Shown here piece by piece: positions 1-7,736 of a stretch of DNA of 36,411 nucleotides. The notes below the pieces were generated by a model that saw only the letters and a program-made list of their open reading frames with translations, made no database searches and was not told where the DNA came from. The first letter of the stretch is position 1, and every line of letters starts with the position of its first letter. Source of the stretch: Clostridia bacterium (GTDB lineage: Bacteria > Bacillota > Clostridia > Oscillospirales > CAG-272); the NCBI GenBank assembly GCA_017504335.1, contig JAFVRI010000166.1:1-36411 (forward strand). Direction: 5' to 3'. Made by a program: the position numbers and the translations under genes.

Positions 1-2974
1 CGTAAGAAATTGCTTCGAACGCGTCAAAGATCCGCTCCGAAACGACCTTCCGCATCCGATCGGGATCCACCTTCAACACCTTGCGGTCGTAGGTGAGAAG
101 TCCGTTGGTCTCGTCCTCCACGTCGCTGACCTGAGTGAGGATGGCGCCTGCCAAACCCTTTTGGATGGCGGGAACGATCTCGGAACGATACAGCTCCTCC
201 AGATCTCTTTGAAGCGTCTCGGGATCGGCACAGGTCTTGTAGCCGTAGGTCTTGTCCAGATTGAAGGCATGGTCAGACAGCTTGCAGGAATATCCGCCAA
301 ACTCCGAAAGGATCACGGGCAGTTCCCCATAGGAAAGATCCACGGGCTTGAAATACACGTGCTCGCTCTGTACGTCGCTTTCCTTCGGGATGAACCACCC
401 CGATGCGGTGTCATACACACGGGTGGGATCCAATTCCTTCAGCTCTCGGTAGATCCGCTCCGCCCCCGCATACTGTCCCCAGCCCTCGTTGAAAATGGTG
501 TAATATACCACGGAAGGATGATTGTACAACAGAGAAACCGTCCCACGGGCACTGCACTCAAAATCCCTGCGGCGGCGGGCAGAGACGCGGTGACCGCGGC
601 GCTGCTTGAATCCTACCGTGGGAAGTACCGTATCCGCAAGAAAATGATACTTGCCGTTGTTCACCATGTCCTGAAGCACCAACATTCCCTGACGGTCGCA
701 TTCGTAATAAAAGACCGCAGGCTCGATCTTGATGTGCTTCCGAAGGGCGTTGAAGCCGCAGGACTTCATCTGACGCACGTCGCCTGCGTACCCCTCGGGA
801 GTAGCGGGCAGGTAGATGCCGTCGCTGAAATAGCCCTGATCCAACAGCCCGTGAATGAAATAAGGCTTGCCGTTCAGATAGCATGCCGCCCTACCCTTCT
901 CCCGCCTTGCCTCAAAGGTGCGCAGAGCGAAATAGGATTCGATGCGGTCCTCTCCGCACTCCAAGATGAAGGAATACAGATGCGGATGTTCAGGCGACCA
1001 CAAAATGGGATCGTCGAGAACCAACGTAAAGGAATCTCCCTCGTAGGTGTAGATCTTCTCTTCCCCATTCAAGATAAGGCGCAGCTTCTTGTTCGCTTCT
1101 CCCCCTTCGGTCTCGATGGTCACCGAGTTCAACGTAGGGGTCAATCGAAGATTACGGATATATTCCTTCGGCACGCGCTCCAGCCAAACGGGCTGCCAGA
1201 TGCCACTTGTGGGCGTGTACCACATCCCGCCCCGTTTCTTTCTCTGCTTGCCGTAGCAAAGCTCCGTGTCGGTTTGATCGGTGACCGTCACCGAAAGCAG
1301 ATTGTCGCCCACATGGGCATGCTCGCAAAGATCAAAGGAGAACGGAAGATAACCGCCCTCATGTCTGCCGAGAAGAATGCCGTTCAGCGAAACCTCGGCG
1401 ATCTGATCCACCGCACCGAAGTGCAGCAACAGATGCCCTCTGAGCTCCTCATGGGTCAGAGTCACCCTGCGCTCATAGAGATATCGTTCTCCCTTTTTCA
1501 AGGTTCGTCCGATCCCCGACAGCTCACTTTCGGGCGGAAACGGCACACGGACAATTCCGAGAGAACGACGCTCCCCTCCTTGCAGCACCGACAGCTCCCA
1601 TTCCCCCGACAGAGAGCGGAAGGAATTCCGCTTCATTTGCGGCCTCGGATATTCCTCCTCCCATTCCCTCCCCGTAGCGGATTCCTCAAAGGGAGTGGAG
1701 AGACGGACGGTTCGTCCGCGGCGAAAAAGAAGCGACAGAAGAAGCAAAATCACAAGAGCGAAAATGGCAAGAAGAGCCGCCAAGAAAATATTGGCATTTG
1801 GGATAAAGGAGGTAGTTCCGTCGGAATTGGTGACCGTCTCGGCATTGGCAAGCACCGCGCTTCCGATGGCGGGACCGATCAGCCCCGGAAGAAGCACCTG
1901 AGAGGTAATGCGGATGCCCTGCAGCCGTCCTGCCCGACCCTCGGGGGTCAGATCGCGGATCTTGGCGCCGAATACCGCCATGCCCGACAGATAGCCGCAC
2001 ATCATCAAAAGCGAGCCTGCAAACACCGCGGGGGTGGTGCGGAAGAAAAAGAGAATCAGGTATCCCGCCATCAGCCATCCGAGGGCGATCCACACCGAGA
2101 AGGAAAATCCCTTTTTGTCGTAGACCTTGCCCCAGATCGCCGTCACAACCGACGCAAGCACAATGGCAGGCGCCATGATCAGCACGTAGTCGGCAAGCCC
2201 CAAGGACTTCTCGTAGTAAAGAATCAGATAGGGCATGAAGATCTGAATGGAAATATTGAACAGAATAAACAGAACAAAATGAAAATACAGCGAGGGGTTT
2301 TTGCGGACGGTAGCGGGACGGAAGCCGTAGATCACATTCGACCAATATCCCGTTTCAGAGCGAACGGTGCTTTTGGGCTCCTTGATGAGAAATAGACCGA
2401 GGATGCCCACCAGAAGCACCACCGAGCCGATGATGCAGAAGATCCACGTCCAGCTGGCGGGAACGGTGAGATCAAAGAACATAAAGCCGCCGAACACCGC
2501 GAGAATGGCGCAAAGGGGCATCATGGAGTTGATCCCCTCGGCAGAGCCGCGGTTGGTCTCGTCGGTGCTATCGGTGAGCCACGCGTTGAAGGCGGCATCG
2601 TTGGCGGACGATCCAAAGAAGGTCATCAGGCAATCCAACGCGATGACGATGAGAATGCCCAGCGCCGCCGCCGTGACCGTCATGGATAGCGCAAAGCCGA
2701 AGATGGAGACGCCCCATAGAATATAGCCGCCGCAAATAAAGAGCTTGCGCTTTCCGATGCGGTCGGACAGAGCGCCGATAAACACCGTGGTGACCGCTGC
2801 CGAAACGGCGCTTGCCGCCACCATGCGGCTGATATCCGCCGCGCTCGCGCGGAACATCTCGTAAATAAAAATATTCAGATACATATTCTCCACCACCCAG
2901 GCGATCTGCCCGATCAGGGAGAAGAGTGTCAGGGCGCACCAAAAGCGACCCGACAGCTTGGTCCTTGTGCTCAT
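1..2974 (-). CDS. MFS transporter (12 predicted TM segments) fused in frame to a glycoside hydrolase family 2 enzyme; the 3' end runs off the window
   Basis: ATG at 2974..2972 follows GGAGGT (plus-strand 2981-2986). Hand translation of the minus strand gives MSTRTKLSGRFWCALTLFSLIGQIAWVVENMYLNIFIYEMF..., MFS motif GALSDRIGKRK and 12 hydrophobic segments. The linker ...LFRRGRTVRLSTPFEESATGREWEEEYPRPQ is followed by MKRNSFRSLSGEWEL... with GH2 hallmarks (LNGILLGRHEGGYLPFSFDL, NHPSVVYYTIFNEGWG, VILSEFGGY). 2974-1636=1338 is divisible by 3. I found no stop when checking codon by codon across 1636-1723. The ORF track lists no stop-terminated minus ORF in this frame, as expected if it stays open to position 1. 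Confidence 0.8.
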   Translation of the reverse strand, partial: MSTRTKLSGRFWCALTLFSLIGQIAWVVENMYLNIFIYEMFRASAADISRMVAASAVSAAVTTVFIGALSDRIGKRKLFICGGYILWGVSIFGFALSMTVTAAALGILIVIALDCLMTFFGSSANDAAFNAWLTDSTDETNRGSAEGINSMMPLCAILAVFGGFMFFDLTVPASWTWIFCIIGSVVLLVGILGLFLIKEPKSTVRSETGYWSNVIYGFRPATVRKNPSLYFHFVLFILFNISIQIFMPYLILYYEKSLGLADYVLIMAPAIVLASVVTAIWGKVYDKKGFSFSVWIALGWLMAGYLILFFFRTTPAVFAGSLLMMCGYLSGMAVFGAKIRDLTPEGRAGRLQGIRITSQVLLPGLIGPAIGSAVLANAETVTNSDGTTSFIPNANIFLAALLAIFALVILLLLSLLFRRGRTVRLSTPFEESATGREWEEEYPRPQMKRNSFRSLSGEWELSVLQGGERRSLGIVRVPFPPESELSGIGRTLKKGERYLYERRVTLTHEELRGHLLLHFGAVDQIAEVSLNGILLGRHEGGYLPFSFDLCEHAHVGDNLLSVTVTDQTDTELCYGKQRKKRGGMWYTPTSGIWQPVWLERVPKEYIRNLRLTPTLNSVTIETEGGEANKKLRLILNGEEKIYTYEGDSFTLVLDDPILWSPEHPHLYSFILECGEDRIESYFALRTFEARREKGRAACYLNGKPYFIHGLLDQGYFSDGIYLPATPEGYAGDVRQMKSCGFNALRKHIKIEPAVFYYECDRQGMLVLQDMVNNGKYHFLADTVLPTVGFKQRRGHRVSARRRRDFECSARGTVSLLYNHPSVVYYTIFNEGWGQYAGAERIYRELKELDPTRVYDTASGWFIPKESDVQSEHVYFKPVDLSYGELPVILSEFGGYSCKLSDHAFNLDKTYGYKTCADPETLQRDLEELYRSEIVPAIQKGLAGAILTQVSDVEDETNGLLTYDRKVLKVDPDRMRKVVSERIFDAFEAISY

Positions 2975-3004
2975 ACCGTTACCTCCGCTTGTATTTCTTT
3001 CTTC

Positions 3005-3033
3005 ATTGTATCATGAGTGCAATCGCATTGCAA
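3005..3033 (-). promoter_or_regulatory. sigma-70-type promoter for the MFS-GH2 gene, overlapped by a palindrome
   Basis: The minus strand reads TTGCAA (3033..3028), a 17-nt spacer, then TACAAT (3010..3005) with an upstream TG (extended -10). The palindrome TGCAAT-cgc-ATTGCA at 3018-3032 overlaps the -35. Confidence 0.55.
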
Positions 3034-3034
3034 G

Positions 3035-3064
3035 AGCTTTTAAGGCTAAAAAGCGTAAAAACAG
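3035..3064 (-). repeat. head-only copy of the family T repeat (AT-rich palindrome directly after the AraC stop codon)
   Basis: The minus strand reads TAA CTG TTTTTACGCTTTTT-AGCCTT-AAAAAGCTCTTGC. This closely matches the head of copy D (TTTTTACGCTTTTTGAAAAAAGCTTGGC). Confidence 0.4.
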
Positions 3065-3904
3065 TTACTCCCCTGCCTTCATTCGCTTGAGATCGGCAGA
3101 GGGTGACAGTCCCGTTACCCGTGTATAGTTGCGGTAAAACACCGAATAATCCCCGAAGCCGCTGGCGAGAAACGCGGCATTGATGCTTCCGCTCACGTAC
3201 AGCTCCTGTCGGGCATTGAAGATCCGCTTACGGATCACATATTCCCAGATCCCGCATCCCATCACCGACTTGAAGCAACGGTTGAGCGTCGCCTTATCTC
3301 TGAAAAATTCCTTCTCCAGAAGCGAAAGACTCAAGGGGGCGGTCAGATTGCGGTTCACATAGCGAACGATCTCGCGCACCGTCTCATTTTCGGGGTCGTC
3401 CGCCCCGGATGATAAGGCAGCCAGGCTCTTCATTTTTACAAGAAGCATCCGAAGGAAGGAGAGCAGCGCGTCTCTGCGCTCGACATCCTCCTCCGTGCCT
3501 CCCTCGATCGCCATACAGCACTCTTCAAACCAGACCTGCTCCCGTCCGTTCAGATGAAACACGTGATGTCCCCGCTCAGCGGAGCGGATCAGCTCCTCTG
3601 CCGATTCGGGTAAGAGCTTCATGCCGAACATCAAAACGATCCGCTCATAGGGTGTTCCCCTATTTCGAACATTCAAGTGATGCACCTGACCGCCCGCGGA
3701 CAGGATCAAGGTTCCCTTTGACAAAGGATAGGTCACGCCCTCTACCGTAAAATCCCCATCGCCTCCCGCGAAGTAATACAGCTCATGCATATGGTGAGAA
3801 TGCAAACGAAAGGGAAAATTATCGGGATCGGGCGAGGGTGTCACCGTGTGGTGAAAGTATAACTGCTCGTCGCGGTACGAAAAAAGTACGGTTTGGTTCA
3901 TCAT
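3065..3904 (-). CDS. AraC family transcriptional regulator (cupin-like N-terminus plus C-terminal HTH)
   Basis: Track ORF 3065..4081, trimmed to MMNQTVLFSYRDEQ... at 3904 (AAAGGAG upstream). The cupin-like part is HSHHMHELYYFAGGDGDFTVEG. The C-terminal AraC HTH is ...INAAFLASGFGDYSVFYRNYTRVTGLSPS. Confidence 0.85.
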   Translation of the reverse strand: MMNQTVLFSYRDEQLYFHHTVTPSPDPDNFPFRLHSHHMHELYYFAGGDGDFTVEGVTYPLSKGTLILSAGGQVHHLNVRNRGTPYERIVLMFGMKLLPESAEELIRSAERGHHVFHLNGREQVWFEECCMAIEGGTEEDVERRDALLSFLRMLLVKMKSLAALSSGADDPENETVREIVRYVNRNLTAPLSLSLLEKEFFRDKATLNRCFKSVMGCGIWEYVIRKRIFNARQELYVSGSINAAFLASGFGDYSVFYRNYTRVTGLSPSADLKRMKAGE

Positions 3905-4031
3905 GAAGCTCCTTTTATCAAGAGATATCTGTGGACCGAAGAAAATTTGAGCCTCCCCTTGTGAGGGAAGTGGGGACAGGCAAAGCCGTGGATGATTCGG
4001 TACAAAAGCAATCTCCTTTGCTTTCCCATCC

Positions 4032-4060
4032 ATTATATCACAATATGTCACGATTTGCAA
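4032..4060 (-). promoter_or_regulatory. promoter of the AraC regulator gene
   Basis: The minus strand reads TTGCAA (4060..4055), a 17-nt spacer, then TGATATAAT (extended -10, TATAAT at 4037..4032). The same 12-mer ATTATATCACAA also forms the -10 of the second AraC gene at 15996-16007. Confidence 0.55.
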
Positions 4061-4110
4061 TAAAAAAGCTGATATTTGCAATGGACTTGCAAAAAAAGAT
4101 AGTTTATAAT
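4053..4110 (+). promoter_or_regulatory. activator-type promoter region of the nagB-like operon, with two direct repeats
   Basis: ATTTGCAAT occurs at 4053-4061 and 4074-4082, 21 bp apart (two helical turns). The repeats abut the -35 position of a TATAAT at 4105-4110, which has no good -35 hexamer at 17 bp. This geometry is typical for AraC-family activators. Confidence 0.5.
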
Positions 4111-4134
4111 GATGTCAACAGGAGGTGTATTACT

Positions 4135-4902
4135 ATGAAAATCATTCAAAAAGACAAAATGACCGTAAAAATTTACGAAACCAGAGCCGCTATGGGTGCG
4201 GCTGCCGCAGCGGACATTGCCGCTTGCATCCACAAGCTGCTCGCGGAAAAGGACGAGATCTACATGATCTTCGCCGCCGCTCCCTCTCAGAACGAGTCCC
4301 TGCGCGGACTGCTGGAGGATAAGACCATTCCGTGGAACCGAATCCATGCTTACCACATGGACGAGTACGTGGGCATCTCCCCCGAGGCTCCTCAGGGCTT
4401 TGCCATGTTCCTTCGGAACGCGCTCTTTGATCACGTTCCCTTCGCGTCGGTGAATCTCATCGACTGCACCGCCGAGGCTGAGACTGAGGCAAAGCGCTAC
4501 TCCGCTCTTCTTGCCGAGCATCCCGCCGACATCGTCTGCATGGGCATCGGAGAGAACGGACACATCGCCTTCAATGACCCCCATGTTGCCGACTTCAACG
4601 ATCCCGCTCTCGTGAAGGTAGTGGATCTGGACGAGACCTGCCGTATGCAGCAGGTTCACGACGGCTGCTTCGCAACCCTTGCGGACGTACCGAAGTACGC
4701 GCTGACTCTGACGGTCCCCACCCTGGCAAACGCTCCTTACCGTTTCTGCGTGGTTCCCGCCGCCACCAAGGCGCAGGCAGTTCGCAACACGGTAGAGGGT
4801 GAGATCGGCGCGGCTTGCCCCGCAACGGTTCTTCGTCTGAAGGACAATTCGATCATGTACTGCGACGCGGACAGCGCATCGCTTCTCTCGGAGGGTCTTT
4901 GA
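4135..4902 (+). CDS. glucosamine-6-phosphate deaminase/isomerase family protein (NagB/6-phosphogluconolactonase superfamily)
   Basis: ATG at 4135 follows AGGAGGTG (4120-4127) and is in frame with track ORF 3931..4902. Motifs are HAYHMDEYVG and GIGENGHIAFNDP. Confidence 0.85.
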   Translation: MKIIQKDKMTVKIYETRAAMGAAAAADIAACIHKLLAEKDEIYMIFAAAPSQNESLRGLLEDKTIPWNRIHAYHMDEYVGISPEAPQGFAMFLRNALFDHVPFASVNLIDCTAEAETEAKRYSALLAEHPADIVCMGIGENGHIAFNDPHVADFNDPALVKVVDLDETCRMQQVHDGCFATLADVPKYALTLTVPTLANAPYRFCVVPAATKAQAVRNTVEGEIGAACPATVLRLKDNSIMYCDADSASLLSEGL

Positions 4903-4903
4903 G

Positions 4904-5797
4904 ATGAACGGAAAGCTCCCCTTTTCCGTAGGTGTCATCACCGATGAGGTATCCCAATCCCTTGCCGTTGCCATTGAATTCTGCAAGCAATTTGGTCTGA
5001 CCGCCTTAGAGCTTCGCTCGGTGGACGGTGTCTCTCCCTTTGACTGGACCGAGGCGCAGGTCAAGGACATGAAGGCGCTCTGCGACGAGCACGGCATGCA
5101 GGTGGTCGCCATCTCCGCTCCGCTCTTCAAGTGCGAGATCGGGGATACGGACGCGGTTGCCAATCACGTGGCATCCTTCGAGCGTCTTTGCGGCTTTGCG
5201 AAGATCCTCGATGCGGACCTCATCCGCGGCTTCGATTTCTGGGAATGCGGTGCTTCTCTCGAAGATCGCGCCAAGAAATACGCGCCCATCATCGAGCTGT
5301 GTGAGAAATATGACGTCTTTTGCGCATTGGAGTATGATCCTTCGGTTCATTCCTCTGATCCCTTGAAGCTCTCGGAGATGGTCAATGCCATCAACCACAA
5401 GAGAATCGGAGCCCTCTACGATCCCGGCAACGGACTTTACTCCGATCCCTCCATCGTTCCCTATCCTCAGGGTTATGAGGCGCTCAAGGATCGCCTCTGC
5501 CACATCCACGTAAAGGATGCGATCGCGTATGCCTCTCCCAAGGGAACCGAGGCGGTACGGGTAGGCGAGGGACAGGTGGATTGGCACGGTCTCTTTACCC
5601 GACTCCTCCGTGACGGATATGACGGATACGTCATGCTGGAGACCCACTATCGCAAGAACGTCATCCTCACCGAGGAGCAGCTGCAGCGTCCGGGCGGATA
5701 CGATTTCTCGGACGGTGCCTACGACGCGTCTCTTGAAAGCATGGAGTCTTTACTCCAAATCATAGAACAAGCAAGAAAGGAAGTAACACAATCATGA
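4904..5797 (+). CDS. sugar phosphate isomerase/epimerase (xylose-isomerase-like TIM barrel)
   Basis: 297-aa ORF with GGAGGG upstream that starts 1 nt after the preceding stop. The sequence pattern LELRSV...ISAPLF...IRGFDFW...ALEYDP...HIHVKD...MLETH is typical of the AP_endonuc_2/XI-like TIM family. Confidence 0.8.
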   Translation: MNGKLPFSVGVITDEVSQSLAVAIEFCKQFGLTALELRSVDGVSPFDWTEAQVKDMKALCDEHGMQVVAISAPLFKCEIGDTDAVANHVASFERLCGFAKILDADLIRGFDFWECGASLEDRAKKYAPIIELCEKYDVFCALEYDPSVHSSDPLKLSEMVNAINHKRIGALYDPGNGLYSDPSIVPYPQGYEALKDRLCHIHVKDAIAYASPKGTEAVRVGEGQVDWHGLFTRLLRDGYDGYVMLETHYRKNVILTEEQLQRPGGYDFSDGAYDASLESMESLLQIIEQARKEVTQS

Positions 5798-6864
5798 ACA
5801 TGCTGAACGTAGCCATTATCGGACAAGGAAGAAGCGGACGTGACATTCACGGTGCCTTCTTCAAAAGCGAATTGAATACAAAATACCGCGTAGTAGCGGT
5901 AGTCGACGCACTTCCCGAGCGCAGAGAGCGCGCAAAACAGGAATGGGGCGAGGGTGTAGACGTATACGAAAGCTACACCGAGCTGTACGGAAGAACCGAC
6001 ATTGACGTGGTCGTCAACAGCACCTTCTCCCACATGCATGCCGCAGTAACCGAGGATCTTCTGCTCCACGGCTTCAACGTGGTCTGTGAAAAGCCCTTCG
6101 CCCGTACCTACGAGGAAGGCGCTCACGCAGTCAAGGTTGCGGAGAAGAGCGGCAAGATGCTGAACATTTTCCAGCAGTCCCGCTTTGCTCCCTACTACGT
6201 AAAGATCCGCGAGATCATTGATTCCGGTATTCTGGGTGATCCCGTACAGATCGCCATCAGCTTCTCCGGCTATGCCCGCCGTTGGGACTGGCAGACCTCT
6301 TTGGCTTACGGTGGAGGCAACCTGCGCAACACCGGACCTCATCCCTTGGATCAGGCATTGGATTGGCTGGACTTTGACGAGAACATCCGTGTTCTTTCCC
6401 GCATGACCACGGTCAACACCGCGGGAGATGCCGAGGACTACGCAAAGATCCTCATGGATTGCCCCGGCAAGCCTCTTATTGACGTAGAGATCTCCTCTTG
6501 CGATGCTTACCTGCCCTACACCTACCGCATCTCCTGTACCAAGGGTTGTCTCCGTTCCACCCATAAGGTCATCGAGATGAAGTATTTCGATCCCGAGGCT
6601 CAGCCCATTCCCGCTCAGGTACTGGCTCCCCTTTGCAAGGAGGACGGTACCCCCGCATACTGCTCCGAGACCCTTGATTGGAAGGAAGAGACCATCCAGC
6701 TGGAGGGAACCGCCTTCACCTACGCGGTTCGTTCCTACTACGATATGATCTACGATTATCTGGTAGACGGCAAGCCCATGAAGATCACCCCCTATCAGGT
6801 TCTCCGCCAGCTCCGTCTCATCGATGAGATCCGTGCGCAGAATCCTCTGCCTCTGAAGGATTGA
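5794..6864 (+). CDS. Gfo/Idh/MocA family oxidoreductase
   Basis: N-terminal Rossmann motif VAIIGQGRSGRDIH and the EKP motif (VVCEKPFA). An ATGA start/stop overlap with the upstream gene lies at 5794-5797. Confidence 0.9.
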   Translation: MNMLNVAIIGQGRSGRDIHGAFFKSELNTKYRVVAVVDALPERRERAKQEWGEGVDVYESYTELYGRTDIDVVVNSTFSHMHAAVTEDLLLHGFNVVCEKPFARTYEEGAHAVKVAEKSGKMLNIFQQSRFAPYYVKIREIIDSGILGDPVQIAISFSGYARRWDWQTSLAYGGGNLRNTGPHPLDQALDWLDFDENIRVLSRMTTVNTAGDAEDYAKILMDCPGKPLIDVEISSCDAYLPYTYRISCTKGCLRSTHKVIEMKYFDPEAQPIPAQVLAPLCKEDGTPAYCSETLDWKEETIQLEGTAFTYAVRSYYDMIYDYLVDGKPMKITPYQVLRQLRLIDEIRAQNPLPLKD

Positions 6865-6872
6865 GGTGCCAA

Positions 6873-7736
6873 ATGAAAAAGATCCGAATTGCCTTTCTCG
6901 GCACAGAAAATTCTCACGCGTTTGCCTTTTGCCGTGTTCTGTGCGGCAATCCCGATTATGCCGACATCGAGATCGTCGGTGCCTACGGGCCCGACGAAGA
7001 GGCAAACAAGCAGCTCCGTGATGCGGGCTACGTCTCCTACTTTGCCAAGACCCCCGATGAGTTCCTCGGCAAGGTAGACGCGGTGGTGGTGACCGCCCGT
7101 CACGGAGACCTGCACTATGAATATGCCATGCCCTATCTGAAGGCAGGCATTCATGCCTTCATCGACAAGCCCTTTACCGTAGATCTCTCAAAGGCACAGG
7201 AAATGTTCGACGTGGCAAACAAGACGGGCGCTCTGATGTGCGGCGGCTCCACGCTCCGCTTTTTGGATGAGTTCCGTCCTCTCGCGCGCTTCGTACAGAA
7301 AAACAAGGTGGTCTGCGGTCACGTTGCCGCTCCCATTGATATGGTCAACGAATACGGCGGATTTTACTTCTATGCCCAGCATCTGACCGAATCGGTGCTG
7401 ACCATCTTCGGCCCCAACGTTCGCTCGGTATTGGCGCGTGCCGCCGCTCCCGAGCAGAACCGTGTGAGCGTGATCTTCTCCTACGACGACTTTGACGTGG
7501 CGGGTACCTACACCTCCTCCTACACCTATGCCGCTCGCGTTATGGGTGAGAAGGAATGTCTGGATGTTCACACCGTCGGATCGGTCAGCTACGCCTACAC
7601 GTACGAAATCAACGAGATGGTGGAAATGTTCCGTACCGGCAAGCGTGCCACCGATGACGAGACCATGATCCGTCCTCTTCGCATTCTGCACGCCATTGAG
7701 GAATCCTACACCGCAGGCAAGGAAGTGACGCTGTGA
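6873..7736 (+). CDS. Gfo/Idh/MocA-like oxidoreductase (short, divergent)
   Basis: MKKIRIAFLGTENSHAFAF... with a DKP variant of the EKP motif (AFIDKPFT). I prefer the ATG at 6873 (GAGGTG upstream) to the TTG at 6861. Confidence 0.75.
   Translation: MKKIRIAFLGTENSHAFAFCRVLCGNPDYADIEIVGAYGPDEEANKQLRDAGYVSYFAKTPDEFLGKVDAVVVTARHGDLHYEYAMPYLKAGIHAFIDKPFTVDLSKAQEMFDVANKTGALMCGGSTLRFLDEFRPLARFVQKNKVVCGHVAAPIDMVNEYGGFYFYAQHLTESVLTIFGPNVRSVLARAAAPEQNRVSVIFSYDDFDVAGTYTSSYTYAARVMGEKECLDVHTVGSVSYAYTYEINEMVEMFRTGKRATDDETMIRPLRILHAIEESYTAGKEVTL

Noticed and set aside
1634-1726. Ordinary two-gene arrangement (MFS gene stop followed by a separate GH2 gene)
   Set aside because: I translated the junction codon by codon and found no stop in the MFS frame, and the GH2 ATG is in the same frame. 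I keep independent initiation at 1636 as an additional possibility, not a replacement.
161-2395. 744-aa plus-strand ORF, the longest ORF in the left part of the track
   Set aside because: Its translation is low-complexity (rich in R/G/L/H) with no recognisable motif. It lies exactly antisense to the MFS-GH2 reading frame, which has clear family motifs, an RBS and a promoter. It is a shadow ORF.
3905-4081. Longer N-terminus for the first AraC gene (track start 4081) and for the NagB-like gene (track start 3931)
   Set aside because: The two extensions overlap each other across the divergent promoter region and lack RBSs. Internal starts at 3904 and 4135 have SD sequences, and family similarity begins there.
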